Positions 1 through 9,204 of a stretch of DNA of 64,000 bases are shown here, in pieces (the first letter of the stretch is position 1; each line of letters begins with the position of its first letter). Below the pieces are notes generated by a model that had not been told where the DNA came from, searched no databases, and was given only the letters and a program-made list of their open reading frames with translations. Origin of the DNA: Veleropilina oligotropha. Its lineage: Eukaryota. Location: the NCBI GenBank assembly GCA_048128005.1, contig JBEUKZ010000019.1, positions 124,001 through 188,000 on the forward strand, given 5' to 3'. A program made the position numbers and the translations under genes.

Positions 1-1
1 G

Positions 2-1015
2 AAAAAACCCAATGCTTTGTCAACACTAGCTAACCGGAGAGGTGGGGGTAGTGCGATCAGAAAAGGGTTGGGATTCGAAGCATGGACGCGGCCAGAGAAG
101 CGGGGGAAAGGGGGACAGAAGCTGTCCTCAAAAGCGGTTGCAGCGGTTGCAGCTCTGCAGACAGCCAATGATGAGTTGAGCGGTGCGGCCGCTAACGTAG
201 ACAACGTGGAACTGCGGGACTTGGGGCAGACAGCTACTGAGGCCTCGGTAGCAATCCACATGATGGAGACGAAGTTCACTGATACCGAGGTTGAAGAGAT
301 CTTAGGCACGATGGGGGACCCTCCATTAAACCTCCGCGAGCTTCGCGGACTTGACAAGGCGATGCAGACCATTCGAGGCGAGCTCACTAACAACCTGGCC
401 AAACTAACGGCGCTGGACGAACACATAGAGCTGGAGAAGAGCAAGCTCGATCGGGCCGATGAAGAGGGCGGTGTGGATGAGTTTATTCGTCGACGGATCG
501 CGGAACGTCTGCGCAACTTAAACGATGAACGAGAAGCTCGCCTAGAGGCAGCCTCATCCAGCCGGGAGGCCCTACGCTCTCAAATCAGCCGGATCCGAGA
601 GATGCTAGATCGGATTCTCCACTCTGACACAACGCTGGCCGAGCGTATTCGGACCCTCTTCCGAGAGCAAGGGGTTACGATCGCAACCATACTGACCGCT
701 ATTGGGTTGGCCATCTCGACTTTGGTACTAGCCCTGACAGGCGGAGTGCCGAGCATACCACAACCACCACCACCTCCCAGTGGTCAAGGGGGGGTCAAGG
801 AGTGGGTCAAAAAGCAACTGCAGAACCTGGGAAGGATTCTAGGCAAACTAGCGGGGAAGGCTGCAGCCGCGCTCCCCGGAATACTTGGAAGCCTTGTCTC
901 CTGGCTAATCAACCTGGTCGGCAAGACTGCGTCGTGGCTCGCCGAGAATCTGTGGGCTGTGATTATATCTGTTGGGGGCTTGCTTCTTATTGCCGCTAGA
1001 CAGTGGGTCACGTAA
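2..1015 (+). CDS. Coiled-coil + transmembrane + C-terminal amphipathic protein (5' truncated by window edge); putative virion membrane-penetration protein
   Basis: Frame is open from position 2. Long heptad region, hydrophobic segment GVTIATILTAIGLAISTLVLALTGG, polyproline linker and amphipathic tail. Close homolog at 35407-36543. Confidence 0.8.
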   Translation, partial: KKPNALSTLANRRGGGSAIRKGLGFEAWTRPEKRGKGGQKLSSKAVAAVAALQTANDELSGAAANVDNVELRDLGQTATEASVAIHMMETKFTDTEVEEILGTMGDPPLNLRELRGLDKAMQTIRGELTNNLAKLTALDEHIELEKSKLDRADEEGGVDEFIRRRIAERLRNLNDEREARLEAASSSREALRSQISRIREMLDRILHSDTTLAERIRTLFREQGVTIATILTAIGLAISTLVLALTGGVPSIPQPPPPPSGQGGVKEWVKKQLQNLGRILGKLAGKAAAALPGILGSLVSWLINLVGKTASWLAENLWAVIISVGGLLLIAARQWVT

Positions 1016-2279
1016 GCCAGATGAACGCTAGGCCAACGACAATGCCGCCCACGATAAGTGCGGTTTTCTCCTCGTCATGTGCCACAGCTACCGCTGGAAC
1101 AGCTACAGCCAGCTCAGCGTTTGGATGCTTCAGAGTGACTACCGGTATGCTTGCATCTGCGTCTTGTGGAATAACCAATCCTGTTTCTCCAGTACCCCGT
1201 GCGGCGTTGGGCGGCACACTGGCCGCGTTCACCGTCATATTAAGACCTAGGGTCTGGTCTTCCGTGGCGACGACGATCTCGTTGTTATAACCAGCCACCT
1301 GCCCGATCCGTAGAAGCATGTTACTTGGCGCCATGTACAGGCCAACGCCGAATACGAAGTCGACCTTGGACCTGGCATACTGCAAAACGTCCTGGTACCG
1401 TTTGATGGCTGATGGGAGGTCAACGGGGGATGCGATGGCGTCTTCGACGTTCGCCAGAAACTGTTTCTGTGCGTCAAATGCCGTCCCACTCCCCAGAATA
1501 CTTGCACGTGTCTGCGCCTGCGCTCCAAGAATCGCCCAGACGTAGGTCCTGATGGAGTCATTGAGCCTCTCCACGCCGGCCCGGGTAAACCCCACTGACC
1601 TGTCCAGAATAAAAGTAGCCCACGAAGTGCCTGCATCCTGTGCTATATAGTCCACATGCAAATTCGTGTTGGTCGTACCTTTGGTGAAGGACATTCGGCT
1701 TGGATCATACTCACGTCCGATGGGGTGGTAGCCGTTGTTCGTCCAGTAGCTGTAAGCCGTGCCTAGTCCGCCGTTGGGACCCTTGACACGCCAGTCGGTA
1801 TGTGGGGACACTCCGAATTCGCTGCAGATCTTTTCATATGACCTTCGGTCATACGGGGTGTCGAATGCATCCCACGTCACGTCTTGAGGCAGCGGCGCCT
1901 GAATCTCGGTCAAGATCCTTCTGACCTGATAGTATACGTGGAAGGTGAATACAGCTCTGGCGAGGGCTGCAGTAGCATTCAAGTGGTCTTCTGAGGAGAT
2001 CCCGGAACCTGTTGTAGCACACCATACAGCGAAATTGACCTTGTTCTGCCAAAATCGCATCGGTGTACTGTGCCAGGCCTGGATCACTCGATTACTCGCG
2101 ACGTGAGGGAGGCGGTATTTTTGAAAGACGTCTGGGTAGTCTGCCCCGAAGGCCGGAGATTCAGACGAGGAGACAACGACGCTTGGTTTTGTAAGCTGCT
2201 CATCTTGGATCTTCGCTGGGTACACCACACCGGTCGGATAGGCCGCACTCCCATTAAACGCAAAGGCGCTCTTAGCCAT
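1008..2279 (-). CDS. Conserved viral protein of unknown function with C-terminal membrane anchor
   Basis: ORF of about 420 aa (likely start MAKSAF), conserved in copy 2 (36536-37828). C-terminal TM ALIVGGIVVGLAFIWLT. Confidence 0.8.
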   Translation of the reverse strand: MAKSAFAFNGSAAYPTGVVYPAKIQDEQLTKPSVVVSSSESPAFGADYPDVFQKYRLPHVASNRVIQAWHSTPMRFWQNKVNFAVWCATTGSGISSEDHLNATAALARAVFTFHVYYQVRRILTEIQAPLPQDVTWDAFDTPYDRRSYEKICSEFGVSPHTDWRVKGPNGGLGTAYSYWTNNGYHPIGREYDPSRMSFTKGTTNTNLHVDYIAQDAGTSWATFILDRSVGFTRAGVERLNDSIRTYVWAILGAQAQTRASILGSGTAFDAQKQFLANVEDAIASPVDLPSAIKRYQDVLQYARSKVDFVFGVGLYMAPSNMLLRIGQVAGYNNEIVVATEDQTLGLNMTVNAASVPPNAARGTGETGLVIPQDADASIPVVTLKHPNAELAVAVPAVAVAHDEEKTALIVGGIVVGLAFIWLT

Positions 2280-2283
2280 AGCT

Positions 2284-2991
2284 ATGTTCCACACATTAAC
2301 GAGTGTTCAAGAGGGGACCGCGGTTCCCCTCCTGCAGCCTATTGATAACCGGGAAGGCAAACTATGCGTCGTCCTGCGCTCGTTCGACTACTGGGTCGGC
2401 TGGCATAACGTGCACGCTGGAGCATTCTTTAAGACCCCGGATACCACGGTCGATGTGGCACCGGGTTTCTACAGCTTCGATTCCCTCGCCAAGACAATGA
2501 AGAGGTCGCTAGTTAATATACAGCTAGAGGTGAGCCGTGCTACCGGACTCGCGCGACTCGTGGTCCCCTCTGGGACTCAACTCGCGATCAGCGCCGATAT
2601 ACGGAAGCTCCTCGGCTTCACCCTTGCAGGGTGGTGGCTGCTTATGACTTATGACAAGAACAAGCCTGCAGATGAGCCGCAATGGCTACGCCCCGGGACG
2701 TATGACGGGAACAAGCCTGTCGGGTTTGCCATTGCAGCGACCCTACACGTTCACCTGGAGCAGCTCAGTACAACACACAATGTGAAGGACGGCGCCCCTA
2801 GCAATATTCTCGCGGTGGTCCCTATAACGTCGCAGATGTTCGGTGAAGCTGCCCACTATCATAGCTACCCAGCCGTCCGGCGACTGCAGGCCGGACTAAT
2901 CACAGAGTTGAAGGTGTACGTCACAGACCCAGATGGTAACCCGCTCAACAATCACGGTATGCCTATGTCCGCAGTCCTTGAGATACAATGA
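2284..2991 (+). CDS. Minor capsid protein (penton, single jelly-roll), putative
   Basis: Beta-rich 235 aa with Polinton-penton-like motifs (PGFYS; LHVHLEQL..HNVKDG.PS.ILAVVP; LKVYVTD.DG..L.NHG). Conserved in copy 2. Confidence 0.7.
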   Translation: MFHTLTSVQEGTAVPLLQPIDNREGKLCVVLRSFDYWVGWHNVHAGAFFKTPDTTVDVAPGFYSFDSLAKTMKRSLVNIQLEVSRATGLARLVVPSGTQLAISADIRKLLGFTLAGWWLLMTYDKNKPADEPQWLRPGTYDGNKPVGFAIAATLHVHLEQLSTTHNVKDGAPSNILAVVPITSQMFGEAAHYHSYPAVRRLQAGLITELKVYVTDPDGNPLNNHGMPMSAVLEIQ

Positions 2992-3350
2992 GCATCAGCA
3001 TCTATGGGACCCCACTCCCACCCCTTCTCGCAGAAGAGCCTTCAGCGATCCGGTGGCACTTCGTTCTTAATTGTGGGGAAGCACCCAAGAAGGGGCTGGC
3101 GAGGGCTGGGTTCAGGATTCCAAACACTGGAGGTCGCTTTGGGTTGAACCCAGCCCTGCTAATGACCCACACGACACCGGTCCAGCCGGCCGGGGGCGCC
3201 CCCAAAGCGTGTTCCATAAATAGCCTTGGCCTGGACTCGGACAAGTTGACCCTCGCCTTCACCATCAAGGCCCCGTGGGTGGGCACTCTGTATTTGAACG
3301 TTACGGTAGACATTGGGAATCAACAGGCTGAACAATACAGCCACGTATGA
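2988..3350 (+). CDS. Small beta-rich viral protein, unknown function
   Basis: 120 aa; ATGA overlap with the penton stop; homolog at 38573-38935. Confidence 0.65.
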   Translation: MSISIYGTPLPPLLAEEPSAIRWHFVLNCGEAPKKGLARAGFRIPNTGGRFGLNPALLMTHTTPVQPAGGAPKACSINSLGLDSDKLTLAFTIKAPWVGTLYLNVTVDIGNQQAEQYSHV

Positions 3351-3982
3351 TGGACAGCAAGCCCTCAGCGCCAACGCTGTACCCACAGCTTGATGGCGAT
3401 GTGCTTTCGGAAGTTCCGGAGGCACAGTCTTTCCGACTGCAAAAAGTGAATGAGCTTCAGGGACAGTTAGAACGAGAGAGAGACACAAGAGCTGCACTAT
3501 ATAAAAAATACCGCCGAGGTGTTAACGTCGTTGACGGGATAGATAACGGACTAGTCGTCGCCACACTTGGTATGGGTAGCGCTGGAATTGGTCTACTGTC
3601 CACAATCGTTGCCGCACCTGTTGTCCTAGTGCTGGAATTAGCGGCATTAGGGTGTGGGCTCGCCAGTATGGGTGGGAAATATATCAGCCGACGCCTCGGG
3701 GTTAAGGCTAAGAAACACGACGAGATTCGAGTCCTGGCCGAAACCAAACTTAATACCATAACCGACCACGTCTCAAAGGCCTTATCAGACGGGGCGATGT
3801 CTGATGATGAATTCCAACTGGTCACAGGGGAGATGGAGAAATACCAAGCCATGAAGGCATCAATTCGGGATAAGAGTAGGAAGGCGCACACCGCGATTTC
3901 ACAGACCCAAAGCGAGCTTATTGAGCGTGGCCGTAAAGAGGGACGCGCAGAGCTGCTGAAAAAAATCGGCGCTGGCGACTAA
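3347..3982 (+). CDS. Coiled-coil / hydrophobic hairpin membrane protein with N-terminal PSAP and LYPQL motifs
   Basis: 211 aa; two adjacent Gly/Ala-rich hydrophobic helices flanked by coiled coils; nearly identical homolog at 38936-39568. Confidence 0.8.
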   Translation: MMDSKPSAPTLYPQLDGDVLSEVPEAQSFRLQKVNELQGQLERERDTRAALYKKYRRGVNVVDGIDNGLVVATLGMGSAGIGLLSTIVAAPVVLVLELAALGCGLASMGGKYISRRLGVKAKKHDEIRVLAETKLNTITDHVSKALSDGAMSDDEFQLVTGEMEKYQAMKASIRDKSRKAHTAISQTQSELIERGRKEGRAELLKKIGAGD

Positions 3983-4064
3983 CTATCCAGGTTGAGCGTA
4001 GCCACGACTACCCCCCTCCTCCCCCGTATTAAAGCTAGAAATCGACAGTGATATCTGGACAACC

Positions 4065-4487
4065 ATGAAATCCATACTAATTCTGTGCATTGCCGCGGTG
4101 TGCTGGCTAGGGGGTGTTTCTACCCAGGCGTCGAGACACGACACTGCATTAATTCTCGAACATACGTGGGCTAGGTACCGAAATCATCCCAGGTATAACG
4201 CCCGATTTGACCCCTTGCGTAGAAACTTGCTTCTTCGCCCGGGAGACCCCACCCCTGATGTCTCCCCACCCTCGTGCCACTACTTTATTATCGGAGAGAA
4301 TGACTGTAGCCCTGCCACACCCCCAGATACTGTCACATGTGTCCAGTGTTCGACCCCCTCCTTATGTCCTGGCAAAAATGGGGAGTATTACACCATGCTG
4401 TCTGGCTGCTTCGGTGTGTGGAGAAAAATCGGGCACATCTCACCCTGTAATTGCACTCTAGCAAGCGGTAACTATATATTCATATAG
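4065..4487 (+). CDS. Secreted cysteine-rich protein (signal peptide, RR site, 8-Cys domain)
   Basis: Signal-like N-terminus MKSILILCIAAVCWLGGVSTQA; all 8 Cys of the C-terminal domain are conserved in the copy 2 homolog at 39651-40067. Confidence 0.75.
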   Translation: MKSILILCIAAVCWLGGVSTQASRHDTALILEHTWARYRNHPRYNARFDPLRRNLLLRPGDPTPDVSPPSCHYFIIGENDCSPATPPDTVTCVQCSTPSLCPGKNGEYYTMLSGCFGVWRKIGHISPCNCTLASGNYIFI

Positions 4488-4643
4488 CTGCTTTAGTTAT
4501 CGCGTATACCAGTCTCTAAATAGGTTATGACACTAACACACAAGAGCCCGGGCCGGCGAGGGTAGTGGGCCGTCCCTACGGGCTCTTACTACATACTACT
4601 ATATCGGCATGTTAGACGCTGTGTAGTTATACTTGAAATCAAC

Positions 4644-4817
4644 ATGCCGCAGAAAGACGTTCCCATGTTGCGCAGCGTGAAAAGTTCCCGCCGCAAGGCC
4701 CCTGCCAAGGCTCCTGCCAAGGCTCCTGCCAAGGCTCCTACCAAGGCTCCTACCAAGACTCCTGCTAAGGCCCCTGCCAAGGCCCCTGCCAAGGCTCCTG
4801 CCAAACGTCGTCCCTAG
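4644..4817 (+). CDS. 57-aa basic (KAPA)n protein, histone H1-tail-like (absent from the supplied ORF track)
   Basis: Manual translation: MPQKDVPMLRSVKSSRR-(KAPA/KAPT/KTPA)x9-KRRP*. The upstream sequence and N-terminus have a homolog in copy 3 (60007-60207, minus strand). Confidence 0.55.
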   Translation: MPQKDVPMLRSVKSSRRKAPAKAPAKAPAKAPTKAPTKTPAKAPAKAPAKAPAKRRP

Positions 4818-4829
4818 TCCCACCCCTGC

Positions 4830-5026
4830 TCTGTACACACGGTGACTTTTTGTAATACAATCCCTACCCCGGGGGTCTGAAAGGGTGCTGGGAGCCTCCA
4901 CGGTCGCCCCGGGGCCCTAGTCTAAACTCCCCTGCTGACTAGTCCGAGCTACCCTGAGTTCTGAAATGGTGCTGGGAGCCTTATTTTCCCATTCTAAAAA
5001 GTCTACTGACCCCCCCTGCTGCTACT
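4830..5026 (-). repeat. Right terminal inverted repeat region of copy 1
   Basis: Reverse complement matches the left end of copy 3 (about 59765-59956) almost continuously, and the terminal ~65 bp match both ends of copy 2. Confidence 0.85.
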
Positions 5027-5642
5027 CGGGAGTAGCCAAATATATAGGCCTAGGCCAGTACAAATACCGCCATCTTTTGATGTAATAATAGCATTAAAAT
5101 ACACTTACTTTTGGCAGCTGTCCTCGCAGATGAACCTGCAGATTTGTTACATGGATCTGTATATAAACGATCAAAACGATGCGTATGCTAAACTGACATT
5201 ACGCATTTCTTTGGCGGTCCGTTCAATTCTCTTAACCACATATTTATATATATTATATAATATATATGTACTACGAAAACACAAAACACAATAGAGAAAT
5301 AATTATTATATTATGAAGTTTTTTGGCATAATAATAACAATACATAAGATATTTCACAATACAATAATCATTTCAATTATATTTTAACTATACATTATAT
5401 AAATACATTATCATTGACACTTATCACTATATAAATACATTATCATTGACACTTATCTAACCAATATACAGTATATAGATATAAATACAGCACCTGTGAC
5501 GTTCAGAAAAGACAAATATTAACCGCACTGTTTAACCATAAATATGGGTGGGTGGGTGCGGTAGCTAAAAATGTTTCACCCTGCCGATCGCCACCAAGAG
5601 ACAAAGTGAGGTGACGAGCAATTTCGCGCTAATATTGATAGA

Positions 5643-5807
5643 GACAAAGCATAGGACGAGCCAATGAAAACTCGGTTATATTAATAGAAGAATATCACAC
5701 CTTCAAGTCGGACTGAACTATCTTGTGACAAAGCATAGGACGAGCCAAGAAAACTCGGTTATATTAATAGAAGAATATCACACCTTCAAGTCGGACTGAA
5801 CTATCTT
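5643..5807. repeat. Tandem duplication of ~84 bp
   Basis: gacaaagcataggacgagccaa...ggactgaactatctt is present twice. Confidence 0.85.
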
Positions 5808-6035
5808 ATGAGTTAGCGAATTAACAATTTTTATCTAGCAAAAGCATACAAAAATTCACCAATTCAGCATTATAGTCAAATCAAATCAAATTTATAATTC
5901 ATATATTGCTATTTGCATCTAATATTAGACAAAATATAATAAAAACATTATTTATATCATTATTAAATAAATATTGGCATGTAGACTTACATAGCATAAA
6001 AAGTAGTATTCAATTCCAGCTGTCAATAGAATGCT

Positions 6036-7217
6036 GCGTCGTGGAAAGAGTTTATGTGTTGTCGAAAGAGTTTTTGCGTTGTTGAAAGAGTTTTTACGTT
6101 GTATAGAAAGAGTTTTTGCGTTGTGGAAAGAGTTTTTGCGTTGTAGAAAGAGTTTTTACGTTGTGGAAAGAGTTTTTGCGTTGTGCAAAGAGTTATTGCG
6201 TTGTTGAAAGAGTTTTTACGTTGTATAGAAAGAGTTTTTGCGTTGTGAGAAGAGTTTGTGTGTTGTGGAAAGAGTTTTTGCGTTGTGCAAAGAGTTATTG
6301 CGTTGTTGAAAGAGTTTTTACATTGTATAGAAAGAGTGTTTGCGTTGTGAGAATAGTTTATGTGTTGTGGAAAGAGTTTGTGTTGTGGAAAGAGTTTATT
6401 TGTTGTCGAAAGAGTTTATGTGTTGTCGAAAGAGTTTTTACGTTGTTGAAAGAGTTTTTACGTTGTATAGAAAGAGTTTTTGCGTTGTGGAAAGAGTTTT
6501 TGCGTTGTAGAAAGAGTTTTTACGTTGTGGAAAGAGTTTTTGCGTTGTGCAAAGAGTTATTGCGTTGTTGAAAGAGTTTTTACGTTGTATAGAAAGAGTT
6601 TTTGCGTTGTGAGAAGAGTTTATGTGTTGTGGAAAGAGTTTTTGCGTTGTGCAGAGTTATTGCGTTGTTGAAAGAGTTTTTACGTTGTATAGAAAGAGTG
6701 TTTGCGTTGTGAGAATAGTTTATGTGTTGTGGAAAGAGTTTATTTGTTGTCGAAAGAGTTTATGTGTTGTCGAAAGAGTTTTTACGTTGTTGAAAGAGTT
6801 TTTACATTGTATAGAAAGAGTTTTTGCGTTGTGGAAAGAGTTTTTGCGTTGTAGAAAGAGTTTTTACGTTGTGGAAAGAGTTTTTGCGTTGTGCAAAGAG
6901 TTATTGCGTTGTTGAAAGAGTTTTTACGTTGTATAGAAAGAGTTTTTGCGTTGTGAGAAGAGTTTATGTGTTGTGGAAAGAGTTTTTGCGTTGTGCAAAG
7001 AGTTATTGCGTTGTTGAAAGAGTTTTTACGTTGTATAGAACGAGTGTTTGCGTTGTGAGAAGAGTTTATGTGTTGTGGAAAGAGTTCATTTGTTGTCGAA
7101 AGAGTTTATGCGTTGTTGAGAGTTTTTACGTTGTATAGAAAGAGTTTTTGCGTTGTGGAAAGAGTTTTTACGTTGTGGAAAGAGTTTTTGCGTTGTGCAA
7201 AGAGTTATTGCGTTGTG
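6036..7217. repeat. Minisatellite, 20-22 bp unit (GAAAGAGTTTTTGCGTTGTG variants) with higher-order repetition
   Basis: Directly visible tandem array. Confidence 0.95.
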
Positions 7218-7254
7218 GCCCCTGTGAGGCTCCGTAGTTTATACGCTTGAGGAC

Positions 7255-8220
7255 ACAGTAAACATTCCACCGGTAAAACATATTTACGAAGATCATGAAA
7301 ATTTTTGTGAAAGTATTGAAATTACTACAGAAATGGTTGAAAAAAAGATAAGCTTACTAAATGTCAGTAAAGCTCCAGGTCCTGACAACATATATCCCAA
7401 ATTGCTAAAATACGGTAAGGATGAATTAGCAAAGCCATTAGCCCTGATATTCAATAAAACTCTACAAGAAGGCAGCTTGCCTGATGACTGGAAAACTGGA
7501 AATATTACCCAATCTTTAAAAAGGGTAGTCGATCAAATACCCCAAATTACCGACCTATTAGTCTGACATCAATAGTAGGCAAAATAATGGACTCTATCTT
7601 AAAGGATGCTATTTTAAAACACATAAATAAATTTGGCCTTCTGAACCTTAGTCAGCATGGGTTTATGGAGAAAAGATCTTGTTTAACAAACTTACTGGAA
7701 TTTTTTGAAGATGTAACAAGTGCAATTAATTGACACGGGAAAACCAGTTGATATTATATATCTTGATTGTCAGAAAGCATTCGATAAAGTACCACATAGA
7801 CGACTATTACAAAAATTAAGTAACCATGACATTAAAGGCCCAATACTAAATTGGATAAGTAAGTGGCTAGAAAATAGAAAACAGAGGGTTGTAATAAATG
7901 GGATACAGTCAAAGTGGGAACCGGTACCAAGTGGAGTTCCACAAGGTTCTGTTTTGGGACCATTGTTGTTTCTCATATATTTAAATGATATTGATGACGT
8001 CATTACATCTCTAGTAAAAAAGTTTGCAGATGATACCAAATTGTTCAGAATTATCGAAACGGAAGAAGATGCAAAGAAACTTCAAAGTGACTTAAATAAT
8101 GTGGTAAAATGGTCTGAGGATTGGCAAATGCTTTTCAACACCAGTAAATGTAAAGTAATGCATGTGGGTTATAACAACAATGCCTATAATTATGAAATAG
8201 GTTCAGAAACTTTACAAAGA
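7255..8220 (+). pseudogene. CR1/L2-clade LINE reverse transcriptase fragment (frameshifted)
   Basis: KAPGPDNI, YLDCQKAFDKVPH, SGVPQGSVLGPLLF and KFADDTK motifs spread across frameshifted ORFs. Confidence 0.9.
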
Positions 8221-9204
8221 AATGTTTTGTGGGGCTCATTAGTAAAATTTCCAGGAGAGGTAATGGTTGCGTAAGTAATTTTTAATGTGTAACTGGATCA
8301 TCTCATTGGTCAAATATTTTGGCGGCCATGTTTGATTAGGGTGATAACCTATTCAAATCTTCTCCTCAAAAACCATTAAGCCGACTATAGTGGAATGTTG
8401 GAAACCAAATCTATATATTATGGCGATGACATGGTGTTATTTTCGTAGTGGTACAGTGCCCAAAATGGCCGCCAGACGAATGTAAAATTTTGAAAATATG
8501 GGTTTAATTTTTATTTTCGTCTACCATATAAATTGTGTAATTTCGTATTGCAAAATGTATTTCTGATAAAATTACAATGATATCAGCAAAAAAAATTGAA
8601 AAAAAATGTGAAATGTGAAAATTAGAAGCATTTTAAGAATCAATAACAATATTTTGAAACAAAGGGCCGTAATTCGGTAACCACTCACGCCAGACATCTC
8701 AAATTTTAACAAGTGACAGAGTTGACTACAAAATTTCAATATAAGCTTTAACTTGTTTCATTAGATGTAACTAATAACACCACTGCTTGAATCACTGTTA
8801 TTATCGTCCATCAATAGCCTCGCTTTCTCTCTCTCTGTATAACATATGGCTTTTAATCATTTCAGCCGCTTCTAACACTGTGGAGGGGGGGCGTTGTCAT
8901 TTTCGTGATGGGTTGGTGAGAGCTAGATGACGAATAAGACGTATCGGATAACCGCCGATTTATCTTCATCCACCAGATGCGGCGATGACTCGATTACCAC
9001 GCATGATGGTCATCATCTTCCCCGTTGGCATCAACCAATGTTTTATCGGTCACCACCAAACCGGCGAAAAACATGCGGTCGAAGAGCATGAATTGTTGAT
9101 TATTACTTGATAACTAGAGGTATAATCCTCATACAGGCCCGCCTTTTGGATATATAAATCCATAGAGAGGAAAATAATCAATAACTCTATATCTTCAAAG
9201 TGCA

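Larger units (their letters stand above)
1..5026 (+). mobile_element. Endogenous Polinton-like virus, copy 1 (right end; left part lies outside the window)
   Basis: Gene order and proteins are collinear with about 35560-40373 of copy 2. Ends in ...CCCCCCCTGCTGCTACT (reverse complement AGTAGCAGCAG), followed by an abrupt drop in GC. Confidence 0.9.

Noticed and set aside
4589..4901. Minus-strand (GALA)n and (GRSL)n ORFs
   Set aside because: Antisense readings of the 12-bp repeat with non-ATG starts; the plus-strand KAPA frame has an ATG and a homolog in copy 3.
6036..7217. CRISPR-like array, or the Cys/Val-rich ORFs across it
   Set aside because: Contiguous tandem units with no unique spacers and no cas genes in a eukaryotic context; the ORFs are repeat translations.
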